From assembly GCA_031425655.1 (NCBI GenBank), contig JANPJS010000074.1:1-29090 (forward strand): DNA of 29,090 nt. The letters run 5' to 3'. Shown piece after piece: positions 17,594-26,436 of this stretch. The notes beneath the pieces are model-generated. The model searched no databases. It worked only from the letters and a program-made list of their open reading frames with translations, and was not told where the DNA came from. Source of the stretch: Abditibacteriaceae bacterium (lineage in GTDB: Bacteria > Armatimonadota > Abditibacteriia > Abditibacteriales > Abditibacteriaceae). Made by a program: the position numbers and the translations under genes. Position 1 is the first letter of the stretch. Every line of letters begins with the position of its first letter.

Positions 17594-18628
17594 ATGAGTC
17601 AGCCTGATATTTCGGTTTCCATCGTTTCTTACAACACGCACGATTTATTGCGCGATTGTCTCGCGTCGCTGCGTGCGCGGGCCGCAGACGGCGAAGCCAC
17701 GTTAGAAGTCATCGTTGCCGATAACGGCTCGACGGACGGCAGCGTGGAAATGGTCGAGCGCGAATTTTCGGAATTTTCCGTTTTTCGCACCGGCGGCAAC
17801 ATCGGTTACGGGCGCGCCAACAACGCAGCGTTCGAGCGGTCGAGCGGTCGCTATTTTTTCGTGCTCAACTCCGATACCGAAGTCGAACCCGGCGCGCTGC
17901 GTGAAATGCTCGGTTTCATGGAAAGCCGGGCCGAGGCGGGCGGAGCCGGGGCGCGCTTAATTTTGCCGGATGGCTCGACACAGCCGTCCTGCGCCGCCGA
18001 CCCAACGCTGCTGGCCGTGTTTTTCGAGCAAATTTATTTCGACAAATTGTTTCCCAATTTCAAGCTGACCGGCGGTTACACGCTGACGTGGTGGGATTAC
18101 AAAGAGCGCCGCGAAGTCGAGCAGGTTTGCGGCGCCTGCTTGTTCGTGCGCCGCGCGGCGTGGGAGCAAATCGGCGGCTTTGACCCGGCCTATTTCATGT
18201 ATTTCGAGGACACGGATTTTTGCGTGCGCGTGCGCCGCGCCGGTTGGAAAATCTGGTATTTGCCGGACGCGAAAATTCAGCATCATCTGGGCGGCAGCAG
18301 CGGCGGCGATTGGCGTGTGCGGGCGCGCATGATCGCCGCGTATAATCAAAGCCGCTATTATTTCTGGACGCGCGAAGCCGGGCGGCGCGGCGGCGCGCTG
18401 CTTAAAGTGTTTACGTTGCTCGGCGCCGCGCTGCGTTTGCTGGCGTGGACGGCGCTTTCGCTGAAAAATCCGCGCAACGCCGAAGCGCGCCGTCAGCAAA
18501 AGCTGTTTCGACGCGTGTGGCGTGAAACGCTGGCCATGACATCGAATCAGGCAGCGCCCTCCCCTAACCCCTCCCTCAGGGAGGGGAAAACGCCTCCCCC
18601 TCCGGGGGAGGAAGGGTGGGGGCTATGA
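17594..18628 (+). CDS. GT2 glycosyltransferase (WbbL/rhamnosyltransferase-like)
   Basis: IVSYN, DNGSTDGS, NIGYGRANN, LNSD, GAC, GGFD..YFMYFEDTD motifs. Confidence 0.92.
   Translation: MSQPDISVSIVSYNTHDLLRDCLASLRARAADGEATLEVIVADNGSTDGSVEMVEREFSEFSVFRTGGNIGYGRANNAAFERSSGRYFFVLNSDTEVEPGALREMLGFMESRAEAGGAGARLILPDGSTQPSCAADPTLLAVFFEQIYFDKLFPNFKLTGGYTLTWWDYKERREVEQVCGACLFVRRAAWEQIGGFDPAYFMYFEDTDFCVRVRRAGWKIWYLPDAKIQHHLGGSSGGDWRVRARMIAAYNQSRYYFWTREAGRRGGALLKVFTLLGAALRLLAWTALSLKNPRNAEARRQQKLFRRVWRETLAMTSNQAAPSPNPSLREGKTPPPPGEEGWGL
18556..18623. repeat. CCCCTCCC-type double-hairpin element translated in frame
   Basis: CCCCTCCC-tca-GGGAGGGG (18568-18586) and CCTCCCCC-tcc-GGGGGAGG (18593-18611) inside an imperfect outer stem. 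Confidence 0.85.
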
Positions 18629-19737
18629 AAATCGCGTTCGATGCGCGCTGGCTATTGCCGACGGGCACCGGCGACGTGACGTATTTGCGCTGCCTGCTGC
18701 GCGCCTTGGCGCAAGTCGCGCCGGACGACGAATTTCACCTGTATTATCGAGAATTCAACCCCGAACGCGAAGCTTTAGCGGCCCGATTTGCCAATGTTTA
18801 CTCGCACGCTTTGCACTTTCCCATCGGTTCGCTGTGGAATCAATTTGCCCTCGCGCCGCGTTTGGCGCGCGATGACATGAGCTTGTTGCACGGCAATTAT
18901 ATGCTGCCGTTGCGAGCGCCGCGCCCGATGGTCGTGACGATTCACGATGTCACGTTTCGTTTGTTTCCGCAGTGGATTCCATCACGCGCGCAACGCATTA
19001 TGAACGTGCTGATTCCGCTTTCGGCACGCAGCGCGACGAAAATCATCACCGGTTCGCAATGCTCCAAAGACGACTTGGTGCGTGAATTCGGCATCGCGCC
19101 CGAAAAAATCGCAGTCACGCCGTATGCGGCGGCGCCTCACTTCACGGCCAGCGATCCGATGGAAGCGCACGCACGAATAAGCGCCGCGTTTCCCGCCTTG
19201 TCCGGGCCGTTTATTGTCGGCGTTGGCTTGCGCGGGCCACGCAAAAATATCGGCGTGGTGTTGCGCGCGATTTTGCAGCTTCAAGCGCGCGGCGCTTGGC
19301 CCCATAATCTGAAATTAGCCCTCACCGGCACGCGCGAGCAGTTTCCTGATGCCGAAGTGGAAAAATTAGGCGAGACGGTCGTTTTTCTCGGATTTATCGA
19401 AGAAAAACTGTTGCCCGATCTCTTTACTTCAGCGCAGGCCAGCGTTTATCCGTCGCTTTACGAAGGTTTTGGCCTGCCGGTTTTGGAAGCGATGGCCTGC
19501 GGCTGTCCGATTTTGTGCAGCGATACGTCGTCGCTGCCCGAAGTGGCGGGCGGGGCCGGCGCGATGCTGTCGCCGACCGATGAAAACGCTTGGACGGCGG
19601 TTCTCGAAAGCGTGCTGCACGACGAAAACCATCGCGCGGTTTTGCGCTCACGCGGCTTGGAACGCGCGGAGCATTTTTCGTGGGAAAAGTGCGCGCAGCA
19701 AACGCTGGAGGTTTATCGCGAGGTGGCGCGTGACTGA
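18625..19737 (+). CDS. GT4 glycosyltransferase
   Basis: MKIAFDAR, VTIHD, RKN and PSLYEGFGLPVLEAMACG motifs; ATGA overlap with the GT2 stop. Confidence 0.93.
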   Translation: MKIAFDARWLLPTGTGDVTYLRCLLRALAQVAPDDEFHLYYREFNPEREALAARFANVYSHALHFPIGSLWNQFALAPRLARDDMSLLHGNYMLPLRAPRPMVVTIHDVTFRLFPQWIPSRAQRIMNVLIPLSARSATKIITGSQCSKDDLVREFGIAPEKIAVTPYAAAPHFTASDPMEAHARISAAFPALSGPFIVGVGLRGPRKNIGVVLRAILQLQARGAWPHNLKLALTGTREQFPDAEVEKLGETVVFLGFIEEKLLPDLFTSAQASVYPSLYEGFGLPVLEAMACGCPILCSDTSSLPEVAGGAGAMLSPTDENAWTAVLESVLHDENHRAVLRSRGLERAEHFSWEKCAQQTLEVYREVARD

Positions 19738-20563
19738 AAATCTCCTGCTGATTCAACCGCGCTGGCTTTTCGGCGCGGCTCTGCTCGGCAATTTGCGCGG
19801 CGTGGCGGCGCAATATCCGCGCGCCACAATCACTTTGCTCGCCGCCTCGCCACTGGACGAGGCGTGCCGTTCTGTCTTTGGAAGCGTTGAATTTATTGCG
19901 ATGCCCGATTTGTGGGGCGCGCCCAAAGCCGAGTTGAAAAGCGCGTTGCGCCGCGTGCGCGCCCGGCGCTACGAGGCGGCGATGGTTTTGGCCGGGCCGC
20001 GCTGCCTTCAGGTCGGCTGCCACGAACTGATGTTCTGGGCCGCTGCGGCGCGTGCGTCAAAACGGTGCCTCAGCGAGGGCACCGCGTTCGGGCGCCGCGC
20101 GGCGTTCGGGCCTCTGGCGCGGCGCATCGGGCGTCACGTTGCGGGCCGGGTTTTAGAGCGCGCCGTGAAAAAGTTACGCCCTACTCTGCTTGTGCGCGCC
20201 GACGATACGGCGCGCTGCCGACGGCGTTTGCTGACGCATCTTTATTTGCGCCAACACGACCAATTGCGCGGTGCCCGGCGTGGTGTTTTGCGGGCCGATG
20301 GCGCCAATTTCGATTTGGAAACGGCGCGCGATTGGGGCTGGCAAATCGCGCCCGATGAGACAAGCGAAGCCACGCTTATCGTGCTTTGCGATCATAAGGC
20401 AGCCTCACTCTCTACAATCGCAACGGGCGTGGTTTTATTGCAAAATGTCGAAGCGAAGGCCGTCGCGCAGCGTAGCGATGCTTGGACGCTGCTGCGCGAG
20501 GACGAATCGTTTGCCGCGCCGGGGCGCGTTGATGCGTGGCTATTTCATGAAAATTCTGCTTGA
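19730..20563 (+). CDS. Hypothetical protein with a degenerate GT9-like N-terminal region
   Basis: GTG start overlapping the GT4 end; LLLIQPRWL..YPRATITLLA..RRYEAAMVL; paralog of 21674-22279. Confidence 0.55.
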   Translation: MTENLLLIQPRWLFGAALLGNLRGVAAQYPRATITLLAASPLDEACRSVFGSVEFIAMPDLWGAPKAELKSALRRVRARRYEAAMVLAGPRCLQVGCHELMFWAAAARASKRCLSEGTAFGRRAAFGPLARRIGRHVAGRVLERAVKKLRPTLLVRADDTARCRRRLLTHLYLRQHDQLRGARRGVLRADGANFDLETARDWGWQIAPDETSEATLIVLCDHKAASLSTIATGVVLLQNVEAKAVAQRSDAWTLLREDESFAAPGRVDAWLFHENSA

Positions 20564-21677
20564 AATCAACGTGCTCAAGGAATACAACACGTCGGGTATT
20601 GACAATTTTATAGATTCGCTGTGCCGCGCTTTGCTGGCTCAAAACTGCGATGACCAGTTCGTTTTCTGGGCGCCGGACATGGAACACGACCCGTTTCCCG
20701 AATTTCCCAATAAACAACTTCGCATTCGCGGCCCTATCTCGCGCGGCACGCTGGAAACGCTGTGGGACAGGTCAAATTTCGGCGCCATTCCCGCCGACGT
20801 AGACATTTATCATTTGCCGTTTATCGTGCCGCCGGCGCCGCGCCGTTCGCCGCGCACCAAACTTGTGGTCACGATGTATGACCTGATTGTGGCCACGCAC
20901 CCGGAAACTTTTCCCGATGCCGGGGCGATGCGAATTTTCATCGAAGCGCTCAGCGCCCAAGCGGGGCAAGCCGACAAAATCATCACCATTTCCCAAAGCG
21001 CCAAACGCGACATCGAAACGATTTTTGGTCTGCCGTCCGAACGCGTGACGGTGATTTATCCCGCCACCGAATTGAAGGCGCCCGCCGATGACGCCGGATT
21101 CGCCGCGCTGCGCCGCGAACTGAATTTGCCGCCGCGCTATATCTTGCATTTCAGCTCGTGGCAGTCGCGCAAAAACGTCGCAGGATTGGTGCGCGCCTTC
21201 GAGAAAATTGTTGACAAATGCCGCGCGCAAAATGTGTTTTTGTGTTTGGGCGGCGGCAGCGGTTTGTCCGCCGCAGAAGCCGCGCAATTCGACGATAGCC
21301 CGGCGCGCGACTGCATCGTGAAACTCGGCCATGTGCGCCGCGATTGGATGCCCGATTTGTATGCCGGAGCCGAGATGTTCGTGTTTCCGTCGCTTTACGA
21401 AGGCTTCGGACTGCCGGTTTTGGAAGCGATGGCGTGCGCCTGTCCGGTGATAACCAGCAACGTGTCGTCACTGCCCGAAGTCGTCGGCGAAGCCGGTTTG
21501 ATGATTGATCCGCATAATGTGGACGGATTGGCAGCCGCGATGGAACGTCTGCTCGATGACGCAGCCTTGCGCGACGATCTGCGTGGGCGCGGCTTGGCGC
21601 AGGCGCAAACCTTCTCGTGGGAAAACGCCGCGCGCCAAACTTTAGATGTTTACCGTGAAGTGGTAGGTGGCGCGTGA
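20547..21677 (+). CDS. GT4 glycosyltransferase
   Basis: VTMYDL, RKN and PSLYEGFGLPVLEAMA motifs; start set at the ATG at 20547. Confidence 0.92.
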   Translation: MKILLEINVLKEYNTSGIDNFIDSLCRALLAQNCDDQFVFWAPDMEHDPFPEFPNKQLRIRGPISRGTLETLWDRSNFGAIPADVDIYHLPFIVPPAPRRSPRTKLVVTMYDLIVATHPETFPDAGAMRIFIEALSAQAGQADKIITISQSAKRDIETIFGLPSERVTVIYPATELKAPADDAGFAALRRELNLPPRYILHFSSWQSRKNVAGLVRAFEKIVDKCRAQNVFLCLGGGSGLSAAEAAQFDDSPARDCIVKLGHVRRDWMPDLYAGAEMFVFPSLYEGFGLPVLEAMACACPVITSNVSSLPEVVGEAGLMIDPHNVDGLAAAMERLLDDAALRDDLRGRGLAQAQTFSWENAARQTLDVYREVVGGA

Positions 21678-22279
21678 AAAAACCGTGGCGCCAGCCGCCG
21701 ATTTTGCTGATTCAACCGCGCTGGCTGAGCGATGAACAAGCGGCGTCGCAGTGGCGCCAATTGCGCGCGAAGCAACCGCAGGCACGCTCCATTATTTTGG
21801 CTGCCGCGCCGTTGGAAGATTGCGAATGGTGGCCTTTGCCGTCGCCGGGCGACAAGCGAGCCGTGTTGCGCTTGCTTTGGCGTTTGCGACGCCCTTTCGC
21901 GGCGGCGATAGTTCTCACTGACCCTGCGCGTGCCGAAGCCGGTTACGGCGAAAGCAAAATGTGGGCGCTTTGCGCGAAGGCGCGCCGGCGCGTCCTCAAT
22001 CATCAGAAAACGCTGCGATGGCGCGAAGAATTATGGGACAAAGTGCCGCTTGGTTTGTCGTCGCTTTTATTGCGCGCTTTGCTGGCAACGGCGCGGCGCG
22101 ATAAGACGCCGGCACGGCGTTTCGAGCGCGAAGTGTGGCGCAACCACGCGCGGCGCAGCCTGGAAAATTTCGTGGCTTTACGCCAACGCGAGCAACGCAG
22201 CACGCCCGACGCGGCTGACAGATTTCTTGAGGCCGCCTGCGACGAATCGTTATTCGACAGCGAGGGGCGGGGCGCGTGA
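21674..22279 (+). CDS. Hypothetical protein, paralog of 19730-20563
   Basis: GTGA overlaps at both ends; ILLIQPRWL..QPQARSIILAA. Confidence 0.6.
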   Translation: MKKPWRQPPILLIQPRWLSDEQAASQWRQLRAKQPQARSIILAAAPLEDCEWWPLPSPGDKRAVLRLLWRLRRPFAAAIVLTDPARAEAGYGESKMWALCAKARRRVLNHQKTLRWREELWDKVPLGLSSLLLRALLATARRDKTPARRFEREVWRNHARRSLENFVALRQREQRSTPDAADRFLEAACDESLFDSEGRGA

Positions 22280-23412
22280 ACGTATGGATAGAAATCAATC
22301 CTTTGGCGCAAAGCGAGCGCACGGGCATCGCCAATTACTTGTTTTTCTGGCTGCGCGCTTTGCTGGCCGAAGCGCCGCGCGATAACTTCACGCTGTGGGC
22401 GCCCGAAGTGGACGAAAATCCGTTTCCCGCAAGCGCCAATGCCCATTTTCAGGGCCGGCGCGCCTTTCCGCGTTGGACGCGCGCTCATTACGAGGCGCTG
22501 TGGACGCGCCGCGATTTAGGCGGCGTGCCGCCAAACGCGCACATCTATCATCTGCCGTTTTTCGCCCGGCCCGCGCCGCGCCGCGCTAATACGAAACTCA
22601 TCGTCACGGTTTACGATCTGGCGTTCGCTTATTATCCCGAAGTCGTGGTGGATTTGCCGTTCTTTCGCTATTTATCGGATTGTTTCGTGGCGCAGTGCGA
22701 GCAGGCCGACCATTTCATTGCCATTTCGCAAAGCACCAAACACGATTTGCAAACCGTGTTTGGCGTGCCCGAAGACAAAATCACCGTCATCTATCCCGGC
22801 AACGATTTATCGCTGCCGAGCGAGTCGCAAATGTTGCCTCGCGCGCTGCAATCGCAACTGCCGGCGCGCTATATTTTGTGCGCCGGGACGTGGGAGCCGC
22901 GCAAAAATCTGCCGAATTTGTTTCGTGCTATTGCCCGGCTTGCGCCCAAATTGCGTGAGCAAAACGTGAAACTCTGTTTATCCGGCGGGCGCGGTTGGAA
23001 AATTGAAGAAGCCGAACGATTGCTCGACGATTTGCAATTGCAAGACGTGGTCGTGCGTTTGGGATATGTGCCCCGCGAAGTGCTGCCGTCGCTTTACGCG
23101 CGGGCGCTGTTTTTAGTTTATCCGTCGCTTTACGAAGGGTTTGGCCTGCCGGTTTTGGAAGCGATGGTGTGCGGTTGCCCAGTGATAACCAGCAACGTGT
23201 CGTCACTGCCCGAAGTCGTCGGCGAGGCCGGTTTGATGGTTGATCCGCACAACGTGGACGAATTGGCAGCCGCGATGGAACGCCTGCTCGACGACGCGGT
23301 TTTGCGCGATGATTTGCGCGAGCGCGGCTTGGCGCAGGCGCAAACCTTCTCGTGGGAAAACGCCGCACGCCAAACTTTAGATGTTTACAAGTCGCTAACG
23401 GCGGGCCGTTAA
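22276..23412 (+). CDS. GT4 glycosyltransferase
   Basis: VTVYDL, GTWEPRKN and PSLYEGFGLPVLEAM motifs. Confidence 0.93.
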   Translation: MNVWIEINPLAQSERTGIANYLFFWLRALLAEAPRDNFTLWAPEVDENPFPASANAHFQGRRAFPRWTRAHYEALWTRRDLGGVPPNAHIYHLPFFARPAPRRANTKLIVTVYDLAFAYYPEVVVDLPFFRYLSDCFVAQCEQADHFIAISQSTKHDLQTVFGVPEDKITVIYPGNDLSLPSESQMLPRALQSQLPARYILCAGTWEPRKNLPNLFRAIARLAPKLREQNVKLCLSGGRGWKIEEAERLLDDLQLQDVVVRLGYVPREVLPSLYARALFLVYPSLYEGFGLPVLEAMVCGCPVITSNVSSLPEVVGEAGLMVDPHNVDELAAAMERLLDDAVLRDDLRERGLAQAQTFSWENAARQTLDVYKSLTAGR

Positions 23413-23431
23413 AAGGAAATCGTGGCGCCTT

Positions 23432-23440
23432 TGCTACACT
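23432..23440 (+). promoter_or_regulatory. Candidate extended -10 promoter element
   Basis: TG-C-TACACT about 20 nt upstream of the rfbF ATG. Confidence 0.35.
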
Positions 23441-23459
23441 TTGCCGGGCGAATCACATT

Positions 23460-24227
23460 ATGAAAGCAGTCATTTTAGCCGGCGGGCTGGGCACGCGCCT
23501 GAGCGAAGAAACGCAGTTGCGTCCGAAGCCGATGGTCGAAATCGGCGGGATGCCGGTTTTGTGGCACATCATGAAAATCTTCGCCAGTCACGGCGTCGGC
23601 GATTTCGTGATTTGTCTGGGTTACAAGGGCTACGTCATCAAAGAGTATTTCGCCAACTACTTTTTGCACATGAGCGACGTAACGATTGACCTGCAAAAAA
23701 ACACGCTGCACGTCCACGAGCAGTTCGCCGAGCCGTGGAAAGTGACGCTGGTGGATACCGGCAACACCACGAATACGGGCGGGCGCTTGAAGCGCGTCGC
23801 GCCGTATTTAGACGACGAGCCGTTTTTTTTCACTTACGGCGACGGCGTCAGCGACGTGCCGATTGACCAACTGGTGAAGTTTCACAAGTCGCACGGAAAA
23901 GCCGCGACCGTCACCGCCGTGCAGCCGCCGGGCCGCTACGGCTTGCTTGACATCGAAGGCGATGCGGTGCGCGGCTTCGTGGAAAAGCCGCGCGGCGACG
24001 GCAACTGGATCAACGGCGGCTACTTCGTTTTAGAAAAGAGCGTCCTCGATTACATCGAAGGCGACCAAACCGGCTGGGAAGTGGAGCCTCTCGAAGCCTT
24101 AGCGCGCGACGAGCAATTGCGCGCCTTCAAGCATCGCGGCTTTTGGCAGCCGATGGATACGTTGCGCGACAAAAATCAATTGGAAGAAATGTGGTGCGCG
24201 GACAAAGCGCCGTGGAAAGTGTGGTAG
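23460..24227 (+). CDS. rfbF: Glucose-1-phosphate cytidylyltransferase
   Basis: MKAVILAGGLGTRLSEET..PKPMVEIG, GYKG..IKEYF, TYGDG, GFWQPMDTLRDK and APWKVW motifs. Confidence 0.95.
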   Translation: MKAVILAGGLGTRLSEETQLRPKPMVEIGGMPVLWHIMKIFASHGVGDFVICLGYKGYVIKEYFANYFLHMSDVTIDLQKNTLHVHEQFAEPWKVTLVDTGNTTNTGGRLKRVAPYLDDEPFFFTYGDGVSDVPIDQLVKFHKSHGKAATVTAVQPPGRYGLLDIEGDAVRGFVEKPRGDGNWINGGYFVLEKSVLDYIEGDQTGWEVEPLEALARDEQLRAFKHRGFWQPMDTLRDKNQLEEMWCADKAPWKVW

Positions 24228-24321
24228 TGAAAAGTGAAAAGTGAAAAGTGAAAAGTGAAAAGTGAAAAGTGAAAAGTGAAAAGTGAAAAGTGAAAAGTGA
24301 AAAGTGAAAAGTGAAAAGTGA
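24226..24321 (+). repeat. Tandem array (AGTGAAA)x13 plus AGTGA
   Basis: 13 perfect heptamers at 24226-24316, starting within the rfbF TAG and running into the ATG at 24321. Confidence 0.95.
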
Positions 24322-24701
24322 TGAGTCGAATCCAGCGGTTTGAGGATTTCATTGCGTGGCAAAAGGCGCGGCGCCTGACGGACGCGATTTATCGAGTTAC
24401 GCGCGAGGGGCGTTTCGCCAGAGACTTTGGGCTGTGCGACCAGATTCGCCGCGCCAGTGTTTCCATCATGTCGAATATCGCCGAAGGCTTCGAGCGCGAT
24501 GGCGAAAACGAGTTTTTTCGCTATTTGACGATTGCCAAGGCTTCCTGCGCCGAAGTGCGTTCGCAGCTTTATGTGGCACTTGACGCAGGCTACATGGATG
24601 ACGTTGTGTTTGGCGACCTGTATGCTCAGGCCGAAGAAGTTGGCCGCTTGATTGCCGGTTTGCGAAATTCCGTGGTAAAGCGCCGCACCGAAAAAGAATG
24701 A
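24321..24701 (+). CDS. Four helix bundle protein (TIGR02436 / 23S rRNA IVP-like family)
   Basis: [49 protein letters not shown] motifs; a GTG start at 24318 is also possible. Confidence 0.93.
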   Translation: MSRIQRFEDFIAWQKARRLTDAIYRVTREGRFARDFGLCDQIRRASVSIMSNIAEGFERDGENEFFRYLTIAKASCAEVRSQLYVALDAGYMDDVVFGDLYAQAEEVGRLIAGLRNSVVKRRTEKE

Positions 24702-24708
24702 GTCAATT

Positions 24709-24831
24709 AGTGAAAAGTGAATCGTTAGTGAAAAGTGAAAAGTGATGAGTGAAAAGTAGTGCGCAGGAAGCCGTTACTTTTCACTCATCACTTTTCACTT
24801 TTCACTAACGACTCACTTTTCACTTTTCACT
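24709..24831. repeat. AGTGAAA-heptamer hairpin downstream of the four helix bundle gene
   Basis: 50-bp arms (24709-24758 / 24775-24824) with 1 mismatch around the loop GTGCGCAGGAAGCCGT. One extra TTTCACT unit abuts the ATG at 24832. Confidence 0.95.
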
Positions 24832-26067
24832 ATGTCCTCGCCTTCGTGCCGGTTTTGCAACACGCCTTTGCGATATTCGCTCGTCGATTTGGGCATGGCG
24901 CCACTGTCGAATGCGTATCTCAAGCCGGGCGATTTGGAGCGCGCCGAAGCGTTTTATCCGCTGCACGCGCGGGTTTGTTCGGCGTGCCGATTGGTGCAAT
25001 TGCCGGAATTTCAGAGTCCCGAACAGATTTTCGGGCACTACGCATATTTTTCGTCGTATTCCGATTCGTGGCTTGACCACGCGCAGCGCTACGCCGAAGC
25101 GATGATTGACCGCTTTGGCTTTGCAGAACACTCCTCGGTTGTCGAAATCGCCAGCAACGACGGCTATTTATTGCAATTTTTCAAAGCGCGCGGTGTGCCG
25201 GTTTTGGGCATCGAACCGGCGCGCAACGTGGCCGCCGTCGCGCAGGCGGCGGGCATTCCCACGCTGATGAAATTCTTAGGCGTGGCCACGGCCCACGAGC
25301 TTCGCGCGCAAAATCACGGCGCCGATTTGCTGGTCGGAAATAATGTCTTGGCGCACGTCCCAGACATCAACGATTTTGTAGGCGGATTGAAAATTTTGCT
25401 CAATGAAGGTGGCGTGCTGACTCTGGAATTTCAGCACTTGATGCGTTTGATGCAGTTCAACCAGTTCGACACCATTTATCACGAGCATTTTTCGTATTTG
25501 TCCCTTCTGACGGCGGAAGCGATTTTAGCGGCGCACGGCCTGAAAGTCTTCGATGTCGAGGAAATTCCGACGCACGGCGGCAGTCTGCGCGTTTTCGCGC
25601 GGCACGCAGGCGATGAAACACACGCCGTCACGCCGCGCGTGGCAACTTTGCGTGCCGACGAAGTGCGTTTCGGTCTGGAAAAGCTGGAAACTTACGCGGC
25701 ATTTGGCGAACAAGCGAGCGAAACTAAATTCGCCCTGCTCGATTTCCTGATCGAAGCGCGGCGCGCCGGCAAAACCGTGATCGGCTACGGCGCGCCGGCC
25801 AAAGGCAACACGCTTTTGAATTATTGCGGCGTGCGCGGCGATTTGCTGGCGTATACGGTTGACCGCAGCCCGCACAAGCAAGGATTATTCCTGCCCGGCA
25901 CGCATATTCCGATTTTCGCGCCCGAAAAAATCAGCGAAACGCGCCCCGATTACGTGCTGATTTTGGCGTGGAATCTCAAAGACGAAATCGTCGCACAAAT
26001 GGCGCACATCCGCGCGTGGGGCGGGCGTTTCGCGCTGCCGATTCCGCACTTGGAAGTATTGAATTAA
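24832..26067 (+). CDS. NDP-hexose C-methyltransferase (class I SAM-dependent, Zn-binding N-terminus)
   Basis: CRFC..DLG..PLSN, CSAC.LVQ, EIASNDG, NVLAHVPD, FDTIYHEH, THGGSLR and YGAPAKG motifs. Confidence 0.92.
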   Translation: MSSPSCRFCNTPLRYSLVDLGMAPLSNAYLKPGDLERAEAFYPLHARVCSACRLVQLPEFQSPEQIFGHYAYFSSYSDSWLDHAQRYAEAMIDRFGFAEHSSVVEIASNDGYLLQFFKARGVPVLGIEPARNVAAVAQAAGIPTLMKFLGVATAHELRAQNHGADLLVGNNVLAHVPDINDFVGGLKILLNEGGVLTLEFQHLMRLMQFNQFDTIYHEHFSYLSLLTAEAILAAHGLKVFDVEEIPTHGGSLRVFARHAGDETHAVTPRVATLRADEVRFGLEKLETYAAFGEQASETKFALLDFLIEARRAGKTVIGYGAPAKGNTLLNYCGVRGDLLAYTVDRSPHKQGLFLPGTHIPIFAPEKISETRPDYVLILAWNLKDEIVAQMAHIRAWGGRFALPIPHLEVLN

Positions 26068-26187
26068 CCGCCGATGCACACGGATAAACACAGATGGATA
26101 AATCGTAGATTAAGCGCATTGAAAATTCTCAAAACGTAATTATCAGTATTGTATCCGTGTTTATCCGTGTTCATCAGTGGTTAATTC
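26061..26187. repeat. Palindromic element of the ACACGGAT 10-mer type
   Basis: 35-bp arms (26061-26095 / 26153-26187) matching at 31/35, with an AT-rich spacer; the left arm includes the TAA stop. Confidence 0.88.
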
Positions 26188-26196
26188 TTTTTGGTT

Positions 26197-26379
26197 ATGA
26201 AATTCATCGAAACGCCTTTGCCCGGCGTATGGGTTATCGAACCACAGCGATTGGAAGACGAGCGCGGTTTTTTCGCGCGAACGTGGTGCCGCGATGAGTT
26301 CGCCCGGCGCGGACTCTTTTTAACCGGCGCAGGCCGGTTTTGTAACGGTAGACCCCGATTTCAATCGAGGGCAAAATAG
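26197..26379 (+). pseudogene. rfbC: 5' fragment of NDP-sugar 3,5-epimerase (RmlC/RfbC family)
   Basis: MKFIETPLPGVWVIEP....DERGFFARTWC..EF..GL for 40 aa (to about 26316), then unrelated sequence and a stop. Full-length members are about 180 aa. Confidence 0.85.
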
Positions 26380-26436
26380 GTTGCGAAAGTGCCTCCGCTA
26401 TCAATCGCAGGGCACACTGAGCGAAGGATTTCTGTC

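Noticed and set aside
24226..24321. Repeat array as a CRISPR or a coding phase-variation tract
   Set aside because: There are no spacers or cas genes, and the array is intergenic so it cannot frameshift a gene. Length variation affecting expression remains possible.
24099..24362. Minus-strand ORF with FHFSLFT repeats, and similar ORFs at 1375-1578 and 24759-25076
   Set aside because: These are translations of the heptamer repeat, overlapping well-supported genes.
24321..24701. Diversity-generating retroelement or 23S rRNA intervening sequence, suggested by the Avd/IVP-like fold
   Set aside because: No reverse transcriptase, no template/variable repeat pair with adenine-specific differences, and no rRNA sequence in the window.
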